From a virus (lineage: Duplodnaviria > Heunggongvirae > Uroviricota > Caudoviricetes), in IMG/VR virus record IMGVR_UViG_2799112330_000002, positions 1-64,000 of that record: a DNA stretch of 64,000 nucleotides; one strand, written 5' to 3'. Both the position numbers and the translations under genes were made by a program. The notes under the pieces were generated by a model. The model ran no database searches and was not told the DNA's origin. It worked only from the letters and a program-made list of their open reading frames with translations. Positions 26,128 to 37,060 of the stretch are shown here, piece after piece. Every line of letters starts with the position of its first letter. Position 1 is the first letter of the stretch.

Positions 26128-26901
26128 TTATTTATATTTATTATATGCTTTTTGTAGTTTTATGTCATATTGATTTTTAGCATAAGCAGACCCATTATAT
26201 AGATAAGCAATCTTCTTCCAGTTCTTTTGTTTCATATAAGGGATAATACCTTTACTTTTTATGAACTTAATGAATGCATCTAAATGATTGTCTTCACATG
26301 CAGCTAATGCATTATAGAATTCTTTTGCTGATGAATACCCGCATACTCTATAGTTCAGACCCATTATCTGGAACATTCCATAAGAAGCACTTTCATATGC
26401 AGCTGCTTCATTGATCTTTATAGCTTTCTTCAATCTACTTAATTCTCCTGAATTAGATCCTGTATAATATTTCTTAGTCCATTTTTGATACAATATGTTC
26501 TCATTACCGCATAGATGATTATATGGGCTTATCTTATGAGCTTTTAGTTGTTGCCAGAAGATATGTCCTTCAAATAGCATAGTTGGAACACCATTTTGAA
26601 TTGACTTACCACCAGATTCTACTTCCTTTATAGCCTTTATGACAGCAAGTTCAATATCATTTTCAACAGCAACCTTTATGAGATCTGCATCTGTTATATA
26701 GTTATTCTTTAGATCTGATTCTATAAGTTTCAACCATGTCTTATTACCTACAATGCCATCCCCATATAGACCCTTAGATGTCTGAAATTGGATGACTGCT
26801 TTCTTTGTATTTGGGCCAAATGATCCATCAGGAGTAAGCCCAAGATATTTTTGTAATACCTTTACATCTCCACCTTTGGAGCCTTCTTTCAAAACATTCA
26901 T
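26128..26901 (-). CDS. endolysin: PG-binding domain plus N-acetylmuramidase (DUF3380-like)
   Basis: LKEGSKG.DVKVLQ..DGIVG.KTW; VESGG, LFEGH, SYGMFQIMGLNY, YNG. Confidence 0.9.
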   Translation of the reverse strand: MNVLKEGSKGGDVKVLQKYLGLTPDGSFGPNTKKAVIQFQTSKGLYGDGIVGNKTWLKLIESDLKNNYITDADLIKVAVENDIELAVIKAIKEVESGGKSIQNGVPTMLFEGHIFWQQLKAHKISPYNHLCGNENILYQKWTKKYYTGSNSGELSRLKKAIKINEAAAYESASYGMFQIMGLNYRVCGYSSAKEFYNALAACEDNHLDAFIKFIKSKGIIPYMKQKNWKKIAYLYNGSAYAKNQYDIKLQKAYNKYK

Positions 26902-27105
26902 AGTTGTAAAAAAATATGTTTTAATAAAAATAAAAAATATATAAAATTTATTTTTAATAAAAACAATGGATAAGAATAAATGTAAGAATTGTATATACTA
27001 CATTGTTGCAAAAAGTATTAATAATTGCTCACAAAATGTAGTAGGTACAGTAAAACCAGAAGATTCATCCTGCTATAAAATAAAATATATAGATTCTAAT
27101 AAATT

Positions 27106-27648
27106 ATGAAAAGTATATCACATTATATTGTTGAAAAATTTAGATTGAATAAAGATATGTTAGATATTCCAAATGGGTTTGAAATAAAGTCTCAAATAAC
27201 ACATACTCCATTTGATTTCGATAAAGAGTCACAACAAAAAAGGGGATATACATGTCGTCGCATTGTTCCAGGATATAGTTTTAAACCTGCAAGAATATAT
27301 ATCTTGATAGAATATGCAAAAGAAATATTAAAAAATAATCTTTTGACAGATACAAAGGATAAAGCATTTGTAGAAAATTGGTTAGCAAGAGCAAATGAAG
27401 CATATAGAAAAAATCGTGTAGATGGTCTTGGTTATAATTCAGAGGGTGGTGAATTTGACTGGCTATGTAATGGAGATGCTCCTTATTTTGGAAATGCTAA
27501 GTTTACATATGATCTATTACAATATGCTTTATCAAAAGATAATCCACCAATAACAAAACCAAGAAAGCAAAAAGTTGAAAAGATGCTTAGACAATGGTGG
27601 GCTGATGTAGCTGATCATAAAGATGAAATGAATTGGTATAATGACTAA
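27106..27648 (+). CDS. hypothetical protein with EKFRLNKD N-terminal cassette
   Basis: MKSISHYIVEKFRLNKD. Confidence 0.7.
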   Translation: MKSISHYIVEKFRLNKDMLDIPNGFEIKSQITHTPFDFDKESQQKRGYTCRRIVPGYSFKPARIYILIEYAKEILKNNLLTDTKDKAFVENWLARANEAYRKNRVDGLGYNSEGGEFDWLCNGDAPYFGNAKFTYDLLQYALSKDNPPITKPRKQKVEKMLRQWWADVADHKDEMNWYND

Positions 27649-27685
27649 ATATAAAAAATAATAATCAATATTACTATATATAATT

Positions 27686-28072
27686 ATGAAATCATTAAGA
27701 GAATATTTAATAAAAGAGGAAGAAGATGATAAAAAACCTACATTAGAAAGAGGAAATATCAAATTTACTATATGGGAAGAACCAGATAAAAAAGTTACAC
27801 AATTAGAGAATAACTATAAATATCAAAAGATAGAATATAAATATGAAGACAAAGACAAAGGTATTTATATTGATTTCTTATTAGGCTTTCAGGACCAGTC
27901 TTGGAAACTATGGATAGGAAAGATAGGTAGTTGTTCTTATGATGATGATCCATATTGTTCATTTGATACTGATGATTTCAAAAAAGGTATTATTGCATGT
28001 TTGGATAAAGTTGAAGAATTTATTGAAAAGGTACAAGAGGATCCTGAAAATTATGTTCAATTTTATATATGA
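27686..28072 (+). CDS. hypothetical protein (MKSLREYLIKE)
   Basis: ORF track. Confidence 0.7.
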   Translation: MKSLREYLIKEEEDDKKPTLERGNIKFTIWEEPDKKVTQLENNYKYQKIEYKYEDKDKGIYIDFLLGFQDQSWKLWIGKIGSCSYDDDPYCSFDTDDFKKGIIACLDKVEEFIEKVQEDPENYVQFYI

Positions 28073-28689
28073 AAAAAATAAACAATTTCATTACAGAAAA
28101 ATTTCGTCTATCTAAAGACAATCTTGAACCTCATTACAATTATCACCCAAAAAGAAGAGATGAACTAAAAGATTTAATAGGTGATTTAATTAAAGAAAGA
28201 GGTATTAATGCTGATCTTAATGATATAGATACATCAGAAATCTATAATATGTCAGAATTATTTATGAATTCTGATTTCAATGGAGATATATCTGACTGGA
28301 ATACAAGTAATGTTGCGGATATGTATCATATGTTTTATGGATCTAAATTTAATGGGGATATATCCGAATGGAATACTGGTAATGTTGATGATATGTATGG
28401 GATGTTTGAAAAGTCCAAATTCAATGGAGATATCTCTAAATGGGATGTAAGTAATGTTGGTGATATGCGAAGTATGTTTTTTAAATCTGAATTCAATGGA
28501 GATATATCTAAATGGAATGTTAGTAATGTTAAACATACGAAGTTTATGTTTGGACATTCTAAATTCAATGGAGACATAACGGGATGGGATCTGAGTAATG
28601 TTAAAGATATGCAAGGAATGTTTCAAGAATGCCCATTAGAAGATAATCCGCCAGCATGGTATATAGAATGGTATAATAAAACTCATTAA
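28069..28689 (+). CDS. DUF285/BspA-like repeat protein
   Basis: 22-aa repeats FNGDISxWDVSNVxxMxxMF. Confidence 0.9.
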   Translation: MKKINNFITEKFRLSKDNLEPHYNYHPKRRDELKDLIGDLIKERGINADLNDIDTSEIYNMSELFMNSDFNGDISDWNTSNVADMYHMFYGSKFNGDISEWNTGNVDDMYGMFEKSKFNGDISKWDVSNVGDMRSMFFKSEFNGDISKWNVSNVKHTKFMFGHSKFNGDITGWDLSNVKDMQGMFQECPLEDNPPAWYIEWYNKTH

Positions 28690-28702
28690 TAAAGTAATAT
28701 AT

Positions 28703-29530
28703 ATGAAGAAATTAAGTAGGTTCATAACAGAGAAATTCAGGTTATCAAAAGATAATATAAAGAATATGCCCGTTTATCAATATCATCCAAAAACAAAAAA
28801 TGAACTAGAAGAATTAGTAGATAAATTAATTAAAGAAAGAGGGAAAAATGCTGATCTAAATGATATAGATACATCTGAAATTACTGATATGTCATGTATA
28901 TTTAATGGTTCTCAATTCAATGGAGACATATCTCAATGGGATGTAAGTAATGTTTGGAGAATGAGTTATGCATTTCACAATTCTCAATTCAATGGAGATA
29001 TATCTGAATGGGATGTAAGTAATGTTATAGATATGGGAGACATGTTTTCTTGGTCAAAATTTGATGGGGACATATCTCAATGGAATACGCATAAAGTTAA
29101 AAATATGAATAGTATGTTTAATGAATCAATATTCAATGGAGATATTTCTCAATGGGATGTTAGTAATGTTGAAAATATGGGTAATATGTTTGTTGACTCT
29201 CAATTCACTGGTGATATTTCTGAGTGGGATGTTAGTAATGTTGAATATATGTTTGCAATGTTTACAAGATCAAAATTTAATGGAGACATCTCTAAATGGA
29301 ACGTAAGTAATGTTAAAGATATGAATGCAATGTTTTTTCAATCACCATTTAATCAAGACATATCTAATTGGAATGTTAGCAAAGTTTTTGACATGAGAGA
29401 AATGTTTAGACATACAAAATTTAATCAAGACATATCTAACTGGGATGTAAGTAGTGTTAAAGACATGGAATGCATATTTCAGGATTGCCCATTAGAAAAG
29501 AACCCACCAGCATGGTATAAGAAAAAATAA
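28703..29530 (+). CDS. DUF285/BspA-like repeat protein
   Basis: Same repeats, more units. Confidence 0.9.
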   Translation: MKKLSRFITEKFRLSKDNIKNMPVYQYHPKTKNELEELVDKLIKERGKNADLNDIDTSEITDMSCIFNGSQFNGDISQWDVSNVWRMSYAFHNSQFNGDISEWDVSNVIDMGDMFSWSKFDGDISQWNTHKVKNMNSMFNESIFNGDISQWDVSNVENMGNMFVDSQFTGDISEWDVSNVEYMFAMFTRSKFNGDISKWNVSNVKDMNAMFFQSPFNQDISNWNVSKVFDMREMFRHTKFNQDISNWDVSSVKDMECIFQDCPLEKNPPAWYKKK

Positions 29531-29542
29531 ATAAATTAATAT

Positions 29543-30289
29543 ATGAAGAAATTAAGTCAATTCATAACTGAGAAATTCAGATTATCAAAAGACAATCTTG
29601 AACCTCATTATAACTATCATCCTAAGACAAAAAAAGAATTTAATGAATTAGTATATAAGCTAATTAATGAACGTGGGCCAAATGCTGATCTTAATGATAT
29701 AGATACATCTGAAATTACTAATATGTCTCATATATTTATGAATTTAAAATTTTATGGAGATATTTCTGATTGGGATGTAAGTAATGTAAAAAACATGTGT
29801 GGAATGTTTTATAATTCTGCATTTAACGGAGACATATCTTTATGGAATGTAAGTAATGTTGAAGATATGCAAAATATGTTTTATAGATCAGAGTTTAATG
29901 GGGATATATCTATGTGGAATGTAAGTAATGTTGAAAATATGGAAAGTATGTTTTGGCATTCTAAATTTAATAGAGATATATCTAATTGGAATGTAAGTAA
30001 TGTTGAAAATATGGCAGGAATGTTTGGAGAAGCAAAATTTAATGGAGATATATCTAATTGGAATGTAAGTAATGTTAAAAAGATGAATGCAATGTTTTTT
30101 GATTCCAAATTTAATGGGAATATCTCTGAATGGGATGTAAGTAATGTTAGGACTATGGAAGGAATGTTTATTCGTTCTAAATTTAACGGAGATATATCTG
30201 AATGGAATGTTAGTAATGTTGAAAATATGAATAATATATTTAGTGGATGTCCATTAGAAGATAATCCACCAGCATGGTATAAAGAATAA
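29543..30289 (+). CDS. DUF285/BspA-like repeat protein
   Basis: Same repeats. Confidence 0.9.
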   Translation: MKKLSQFITEKFRLSKDNLEPHYNYHPKTKKEFNELVYKLINERGPNADLNDIDTSEITNMSHIFMNLKFYGDISDWDVSNVKNMCGMFYNSAFNGDISLWNVSNVEDMQNMFYRSEFNGDISMWNVSNVENMESMFWHSKFNRDISNWNVSNVENMAGMFGEAKFNGDISNWNVSNVKKMNAMFFDSKFNGNISEWDVSNVRTMEGMFIRSKFNGDISEWNVSNVENMNNIFSGCPLEDNPPAWYKE

Positions 30290-30291
30290 TA

Positions 30292-30849
30292 TTATTCACA
30301 AATAAACTGATCTGTTTCTAATGTATGAGAGGTATGTTCATATACCCATTTTTGTACAATATCATATAGAAAATCCGGATTAATGATTATTACCCCATTA
30401 GTATTATAAGCTATCTTCCCTAAATTATTCAATCCATATCTTTGTATATTAGTATAATACTCTGATCTTGTTATATTTTGAGTATTTCTTAATTCTTCTA
30501 ATATATAATCATTATGTATTTGTTGGGAATAGCCATTTAGAATTTCAACTATTTTATTTTCAAGACTTATTTCTAAAAGATAGGCTTTGTCTTCATTAAA
30601 AGAAGATGTTGTATGCCCCTTTACTATATTATTTGCAATATTATATATATGATTTAATAATTGTCTGGCATACATTCTATATTTTCTTTCTAATTCTAAT
30701 TTTTGATCAGGCTCATGTTGAATGACAGCATCTGGATTCAATAAATGATGATTGATATTATTGTCAACAGGTTCAGCCATTGTTTGTTTAGCTTGTCTAA
30801 AATTAAAATTCATTGGAATGATACTTTCATCTAACTTTATTTCTTTCAT
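30292..30849 (-). CDS. hypothetical protein
   Basis: ORF track. Confidence 0.7.
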   Translation of the reverse strand: MKEIKLDESIIPMNFNFRQAKQTMAEPVDNNINHHLLNPDAVIQHEPDQKLELERKYRMYARQLLNHIYNIANNIVKGHTTSSFNEDKAYLLEISLENKIVEILNGYSQQIHNDYILEELRNTQNITRSEYYTNIQRYGLNNLGKIAYNTNGVIIINPDFLYDIVQKWVYEHTSHTLETDQFICE

Positions 30850-30855
30850 AATAAT

Positions 30856-31371
30856 TTATTCAGAATATTTATATACAACAACCTGTTCATATCTTAATAT
30901 TTTGTCTTTGAACTTATAGCCTTTATGAAATACATCTTTTATCATATTATCTAATTCAGATTCATTAGTTGGTATAAAAGATATAGCTTCATCAAATTCC
31001 TCATTAAAATACATTGGTCGTTCTTCATATATCTCTACAACATCATTCTTATTTAATATATTGATTAATTCCTTTTCAATATATTCAATATCTTGTATTT
31101 CTGAGTTGTATTGTTTAATTTTTTCTATAATATCTAAAATAGCAATAATGTCTTTTAAAATAGATTCACCTTCATACTTTGAATTATTCTCTATTATATT
31201 AAGATATCTTCGTTTTGTGTTTTGAAGATCTGCTAAAAGATATTTATATTTCGATTCACTTTCTTCCAGTTTCTTCTGCGTATCTTCTAGTTCTTTTAAA
31301 AGATTATCTTTTTTATCAATTATTTGTGAATCTTCAGTTGTTTGCGGTATTGGTATTAAGTTTGTTTCCAT
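30856..31371 (-). CDS. grpE: GrpE nucleotide exchange factor
   Basis: YLLADLQNTKRR; FDEAI..DVFHKGYKFKDKILR..VVV. Confidence 0.85.
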   Translation of the reverse strand: METNLIPIPQTTEDSQIIDKKDNLLKELEDTQKKLEESESKYKYLLADLQNTKRRYLNIIENNSKYEGESILKDIIAILDIIEKIKQYNSEIQDIEYIEKELINILNKNDVVEIYEERPMYFNEEFDEAISFIPTNESELDNMIKDVFHKGYKFKDKILRYEQVVVYKYSE

Positions 31372-31486
31372 GTATATTTTATAAAATTAATATATTATTT
31401 TTTACCTAATTTCCATCCATCATTTATATATTCTTTTATAATATCTTTTATCAAAATCATTAGTTATTTTATAAACAATATGATAT

Positions 31487-32014
31487 TTATGTTTTTTCAT
31501 TTAATTCATTTAAAATATATTTTATAATTTTATCTGTAGCATCTTTTGAATCTAATTCAATAAAATTTAAATTATATTTATGATAAAGATTTTTAATTTG
31601 ATTATCAATAATTTTTGATTCATTTTCATTATGTATTCTTCCGTAGTTTTCAAATTTTATATTATTTCTACATAAGAAAAAATCTATATTATGAAATTTT
31701 TTATATTCATATATTACTAATTCATGTAAATATTTATTATTTTCTTTATCATATTGTACATTTAATAATAAACTTCCATCGTGAATAATAACATCAATTT
31801 TATTTAATTTATTATTTAATTGATGAAGTTCTTGAGCAAATAAATATATTTGATCATTTATTACTAAATTATGCTCATCATATATTCTTTCTTTTATGTA
31901 TTCTGGGACTAATTCACATTTGACACCCATCTTCTTCAGTCTTGCAAAAAGTTCGGCAGCAATTGTTGATTTCCCAGAACATGGCCCACCTATTAAATTG
32001 ATTACTAATGTCAT
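31487..32014 (-). CDS. P-loop nucleotide kinase/AAA (NadR-like)
   Basis: GGPCSGKST, ELVPEY, IIHDGSLL, GRIH. Confidence 0.75.
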   Translation of the reverse strand: MTLVINLIGGPCSGKSTIAAELFARLKKMGVKCELVPEYIKERIYDEHNLVINDQIYLFAQELHQLNNKLNKIDVIIHDGSLLLNVQYDKENNKYLHELVIYEYKKFHNIDFFLCRNNIKFENYGRIHNENESKIIDNQIKNLYHKYNLNFIELDSKDATDKIIKYILNELNEKT

Positions 32015-32078
32015 AAAATTAAAATATGTTAAAATATAATTATATAATATATTAATATAGTAAAATTAGCTAATTATA

Positions 32079-33167
32079 TTATTTTGGAATTCCAATAAAT
32101 TCATAAATTTTCTTTTCAGCAAAACTTTTTGCTTGCTCAACATATAAGTCTTTTTTAGCCATTTGGCTTTTCATATTATCAATTTGTTCTTTTGTCTTAT
32201 TTAGTAATTCATTATTCTTTATTTGAGCCTGCATTCCTCCTAACATTTCTCCCAAAGAAGATTGAACATTCTTTTGCTTTGCTGTAGTAAATCCCAATGC
32301 CGCATTAATATAATTATAACAATAATCTATAGATTGCTCAGCATATAAGTCACATCTATCACTTACATACCATTCACCTTTTGCACAATTTTGAGTGATA
32401 TATTCACAACCACATGAACCAGCTTCAACATGTTCACTTAACCAGCCTGTAATATATTTTTTTACTTGTTCTCCTAATGCCTTTATTTTATCCCTTTCAT
32501 CTGCTAGCATTTGTTCATTAGATGCTAATGTCTGTTGTTGTAATTGTGCTTGCTCTGTTTCCATTTCTTCTTCTTGTTCAATACCAAATAGATCTTTTCC
32601 TTTGCTCTTAAGTCGTGAAACGGTATCTTTAGCATTTGCTATTGTCTCTTTACCACTTTCTATTACATTAGATACCTTGTCTGATGCTTTGTCTAATTCT
32701 GCTTTTAAAGCATCAGATGCATCTTTTCCTAATAATTGTCCCATAGCATCGGCAGCTGACATTAACTTAGCCTGTAATGCACTGGCTTTACTATTAGCAA
32801 TTGCGTTATCATCCCAGCCAGTCATCTTATTGGGTTCAAGATCAGGTCTTGATATTGATTTAACAGAATTTTTACCTGATGTATCTTTGTCTGCATCTCC
32901 GGCCGGCTCAGGTATTGAAATCCATTCTGCTGCATCAACCCCCATAACGGTAAGTGCACCATTTAAGTATGGCATAACCTCTCCAACAATATAATTACGA
33001 ACAGGAGGATGTGTTATAACATGAACTTCTCCCCATATTGTAGGATTAGTATTAAGTATGCAGGTATCTTCTCCATTAGTAAATTTTTGACCAACATTAC
33101 ACTTTTCCCTTAATAGTTTTTTTATTGCTGATACTGGTACTCCTGAGCTGGGTAATTTTGTTGACAT
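32079..33167 (-). CDS. hypothetical protein (baseplate region)
   Basis: Long ORF adjacent to gp5-like gene. Confidence 0.7.
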   Translation of the reverse strand: MSTKLPSSGVPVSAIKKLLREKCNVGQKFTNGEDTCILNTNPTIWGEVHVITHPPVRNYIVGEVMPYLNGALTVMGVDAAEWISIPEPAGDADKDTSGKNSVKSISRPDLEPNKMTGWDDNAIANSKASALQAKLMSAADAMGQLLGKDASDALKAELDKASDKVSNVIESGKETIANAKDTVSRLKSKGKDLFGIEQEEEMETEQAQLQQQTLASNEQMLADERDKIKALGEQVKKYITGWLSEHVEAGSCGCEYITQNCAKGEWYVSDRCDLYAEQSIDYCYNYINAALGFTTAKQKNVQSSLGEMLGGMQAQIKNNELLNKTKEQIDNMKSQMAKKDLYVEQAKSFAEKKIYEFIGIPK

Positions 33168-33170
33168 ATC

Positions 33171-33854
33171 TTAAGAATTCTTATTTGTTTTTGATAATAT
33201 ATCATTAGCTGCTGTTCTACATTTTGTTCCTAATTCTATTAATGGCTGTCCTAAATGAGAAGTATATGGATTACCACTAGCTAATGTTCCGAGATTCATA
33301 ATATTATTTCCAAGATCTTGCAATAACTTTTGAAGATTTTCTCCTAATACCATACATTGGGCACTTCCTTCTTTTCCCAATATGACTTTACCACCATTTA
33401 GAGAAACTTCTCCTTCTTCATCCTGTAAAGCTATTTTCTTTTGGGCATCAATAAATATTTTAGAAGTACCATTCCAAATGTTTAAACCATCAGAATCATT
33501 AAAGAATATATATGAATCATCATTATCTGAACCCATTCTATGCATCAATACTTCTGAATTCTCTTGAACCATTATCTTGTCTTTAGTAGATGGTTGGAGA
33601 TCAACCATAGGGATATACCAATATTCTTCAGGTTGATTAGGATTATATATCACCCATATCTTAGTATTCTGTTCCATTAATGAATAATGTTGGAATCCAC
33701 CAAAGGTAAGAGGATATATCCATGGCATTGCTTCAGGTGGCACAACATTATTATCAAACAAGTTTGCTACACTTGCCTTCACTCTTCCGATCTTTTCAGG
33801 ATCTTTATTCTCTATAACATTTCCGGGTAAAAATTCGTAATCAGATAATTTCAT
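33171..33854 (-). CDS. baseplate hub gp5/VgrG-like N-terminal OB-fold protein
   Basis: GNVIENKDPEKIGRVK..MPW; MVLGENL. Confidence 0.75.
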   Translation of the reverse strand: MKLSDYEFLPGNVIENKDPEKIGRVKASVANLFDNNVVPPEAMPWIYPLTFGGFQHYSLMEQNTKIWVIYNPNQPEEYWYIPMVDLQPSTKDKIMVQENSEVLMHRMGSDNDDSYIFFNDSDGLNIWNGTSKIFIDAQKKIALQDEEGEVSLNGGKVILGKEGSAQCMVLGENLQKLLQDLGNNIMNLGTLASGNPYTSHLGQPLIELGTKCRTAANDILSKTNKNS

Positions 33855-33880
33855 ATTATATATTCGCCCTCTATATATTT

Positions 33881-34174
33881 TTATTCATCATTTAATATAA
33901 TATCAAGTATTTCTTGAGTTTCCTCTTTTGGCTTTTCATTAAAAATAGTATTATAATCAAACTTATTCTCCAGCTTATGGAATTTTCTAAATACTTTGTT
34001 GATATTTGGTCTTAATGTCATTTCTAGTTTATGTCTTAATTCTCCTAACTTGTCTGTATCTGATATATCCAATAATAAGATTAAAGTCAATAGTTCTGTT
34101 GGTTTTAACTTTAATGATATTAAATGTTCATTTGTATTTTCTAAAATCATTGTTTCTAAATCTTTCATAATCAT
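33881..34174 (-). CDS. hypothetical protein
   Basis: ORF track. Confidence 0.6.
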   Translation of the reverse strand: MIMKDLETMILENTNEHLISLKLKPTELLTLILLLDISDTDKLGELRHKLEMTLRPNINKVFRKFHKLENKFDYNTIFNEKPKEETQEILDIILNDE

Positions 34175-34623
34175 TATCTTTCATAATATTCTTGTATTAA
34201 TTGGAAGACATCTGGCATCCATTTGAACTGTTTCTGATCATTGTAGTCATACCAGTCATATTTTGAATGCTCTTTAGATATCTTTATATGATCAGTTGGA
34301 GTAGTTTCAAGTTTTGTTAAGAAATAATAAGATATTGAATTGTCTTTGTTCTTTATCTTCTTGAATTCTTTCATGTCATGTTCTTCATTCCAAGTCAATT
34401 CAAGTCCAGTCTCTTCTTTTAGTTCTCTTATAGCTCCATCTTTTATTGTTTTGTCTTTTCCCTTTTCATATGATCCACCAGGAAAACCCCAAAGTCCAGG
34501 GAATTTCTTCATATAATTTGCTCTACGCATAATTAAGATCTCATCATTATCCGAAATGACTATAGTATTGACATATATTTTGTCATCATTGCTTTCTAAT
34601 ATAAATTCCCCAAACTTCTTCAT
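34174..34623 (-). CDS. NUDIX hydrolase
   Basis: WGFPGG..GAIRELKEETGL; EHSKYDW. Confidence 0.9.
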   Translation of the reverse strand: MKKFGEFILESNDDKIYVNTIVISDNDEILIMRRANYMKKFPGLWGFPGGSYEKGKDKTIKDGAIRELKEETGLELTWNEEHDMKEFKKIKNKDNSISYYFLTKLETTPTDHIKISKEHSKYDWYDYNDQKQFKWMPDVFQLIQEYYER

Positions 34624-34656
34624 TTATTGTTTAATATGATTATTTAATATATATTT

Positions 34657-36444
34657 TTATGCTTGAGTAGTTGCGGTTGATTCTGGTTGTACATCTCCAA
34701 GCATTTCATCATCAATGTCTCCACCACCTTCGTCAGATTCTGGTTCTTCACCACCGAGGTCTTCACCACCTCCTTCATCGCCACCGCCTAATTCTTCATC
34801 TTCATCGCCTCCTTCTTCATCTTCACCGCCTCCTTCTTTCTTACCAGCTAACTCATCTTCTTTCTTATACTTTTCATTAAGTTCAAGATCAGCTTCAGAC
34901 ATCTTAAGATATTTAAGTATCAAGAATTTTGGTGAGAAGTATGGATTTTCATTTCCTTCGTCATCTGTTATTGTCAATGAATCTTTCATAGTTCCAATAA
35001 ATTCTACTCTCTTACTCATTATCTCTATATTTGCCATCTCTTCAAATTGGTTGTAACTATTCCATCTAAGAGATACAGCATCCAATATACGTTTGTCATT
35101 CTTTATATCAGGTATAGATAATGACAATTGAATACGTAATGGTTTAAGCATAATTTCAGCAAATGCATTTCTTATTCTTGTAACAAATCGGCCAAAATTG
35201 ATCTCTTCACGTAATTGCTGAGTAGGATCACTTCCAAACCAAGTTGATTGGGCGTCTTTGTCAAATCTTGATGATGGAATCTTACTCATCTTATACAATT
35301 TCTCTTCAAAGTATTTCAATTGGTCTGAATCATTAAGCATTGGTCCATTGTCTACTAATGTTTCAATCTCAGGAGTACCAGCTTCATTTTGAGGCATCCA
35401 ATATTCTTTATTGAAAGGAAGGTTCATCTTACCATTTATCATAAGTTCTCCAGTGTCTGTATTGAAAGATATGTCTTCTTTATATCTGTTCATAGCTTGA
35501 GACAATGTTTGCATACCTTTTGCCTTGTTCATACCATTAAGTGGTATTGTGAACTTTGTCTTGAATGAAGCCTGTGTAACTGTCCAAATGACCTGTGCTT
35601 GCTCAACAATACGATAGATATTGAATGGACGAATAAGTCTCTCAAGATATGATTGTCTAGTTGATACACCAGAGTCTTCATATTTGATATAGATGACTTG
35701 TGAGTCTAATAGTCTTCTTTCTCTTCCAACTATGTCTTTGAATTGGACCCAGTATGTGATATTGTTTTCTATGACTTTTGTTAATGTAGCTGGATCAATT
35801 TGTATAAGACCGATTATTGTCTTCGGTGATTCTAGACTATCATATACAATTTCATAAGCAAGTACACCCTCAATAAGATATCTTTTGAATATGTTCCATG
35901 CATTTCTTTTCCAGTCTAACAACATATATAACTTATAGAATGATGTTTCAACTGATGCATTAATCTCACTTGCAGACTTTTCATTAAGCTCTTGAATCAA
36001 AGCAGTATCTAAGAAAGGAGTACAAATATAAGCTTCATTGTCATCATATACAACACATTCATTTGCCATGATATCCAAGATGTCTTCTAGCTCTGAATGC
36101 ATTGCCATCTTTCTCAATATCTCTCTTTTCTGGTCTAATGTCTTTTCTGTAAAGTTTTTCTCTTCATCAGACTTTATCTTCCAGTTATTGAGAAATCCAG
36201 TTCCATATAATGTTTGTTGTAATAGGGGATCTTTAGGTTGGAGAGCTTTATCTGCAGGAACAGCAATCATGTTTTGATATACCTTGTCAGAATAGTTCAT
36301 CCCATAATGAGACAACGAGGTAAGAATCTTTGACATAACTGTTGGCTTCTTAATAGGGGCTGCATTGTTAAGCATACTATTCTGAATAGCTTCCATTATA
36401 TGTTGATCTCCGTCAAAAACACTTTCTAAATTTCCAAAAATCAT
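34657..36444 (-). CDS. portal protein, T4 gp20-like
   Basis: SYLERLIRPFN, EYWMP, YFEEKLYKMSKIPSSR, REEINFGRFVTRIR; acidic Gly-rich tail. Confidence 0.9.
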   Translation of the reverse strand: MIFGNLESVFDGDQHIMEAIQNSMLNNAAPIKKPTVMSKILTSLSHYGMNYSDKVYQNMIAVPADKALQPKDPLLQQTLYGTGFLNNWKIKSDEEKNFTEKTLDQKREILRKMAMHSELEDILDIMANECVVYDDNEAYICTPFLDTALIQELNEKSASEINASVETSFYKLYMLLDWKRNAWNIFKRYLIEGVLAYEIVYDSLESPKTIIGLIQIDPATLTKVIENNITYWVQFKDIVGRERRLLDSQVIYIKYEDSGVSTRQSYLERLIRPFNIYRIVEQAQVIWTVTQASFKTKFTIPLNGMNKAKGMQTLSQAMNRYKEDISFNTDTGELMINGKMNLPFNKEYWMPQNEAGTPEIETLVDNGPMLNDSDQLKYFEEKLYKMSKIPSSRFDKDAQSTWFGSDPTQQLREEINFGRFVTRIRNAFAEIMLKPLRIQLSLSIPDIKNDKRILDAVSLRWNSYNQFEEMANIEIMSKRVEFIGTMKDSLTITDDEGNENPYFSPKFLILKYLKMSEADLELNEKYKKEDELAGKKEGGGEDEEGGDEDEELGGGDEGGGEDLGGEEPESDEGGGDIDDEMLGDVQPESTATTQA

Positions 36445-36740
36445 AGAATATTATCGTAATTAAACTATTTTTGATATTATATAAAAATAAAAACCAAAAA
36501 TTAAACAATATGAAAATACATATAATTTATTTTAAAAAAGATACAAATGATTGAAATTATGTAAACTTGTGAACTATATTATATTAAATTTTATTTATAA
36601 TTATAATAAGCTATGCCAGATAAAGAGAACAATAACTATTTTGCAGAAACATGGCCAGTTAATGAAAATAAGACAAAACCATCTACACTGGCTAACGAAA
36701 CAATTGAATATTTTAAGAAATTTTTTAATAAGTAAGATGT

Positions 36741-37055
36741 ATGAAGATAACTATTGAAAACTATGAAGAATATATTCCAGAAAAGGATATGAAATTGTTC
36801 TATTCTCTATTAATGGATCTTGAGGAATTCAATAATAAATTAGATACAAACAATCTAGAAAACAAGAAACTATACATTGATTATCAAGATTTCCATAATA
36901 ATTATAGTTGTGAAAGAACAGATCCATGTCCAGACTACTATGGATATTATAGATTGAAATTTGAGGAAGATCATACAGAATGTGTTGGAACAGAAATGAC
37001 AATTGATGACTTAGATAATGCATTATGTGTTCTCATTAATTTTATTGATTTCTAA
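36741..37055 (+). CDS. hypothetical protein
   Basis: ORF track. Confidence 0.65.
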   Translation: MKITIENYEEYIPEKDMKLFYSLLMDLEEFNNKLDTNNLENKKLYIDYQDFHNNYSCERTDPCPDYYGYYRLKFEEDHTECVGTEMTIDDLDNALCVLINFIDF

Positions 37056-37060
37056 TATTA

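Noticed and set aside
28069-30289. Diversity-generating retroelement acting on the repeat genes
   Set aside because: No reverse transcriptase or adenine-specific template/variable pair visible in the window
32395-32994. 199-aa plus-strand ORF, and the Pro/Ser-rich ORFs at 34671-35056
   Set aside because: Antisense shadows of minus-strand genes, including the acidic portal tail
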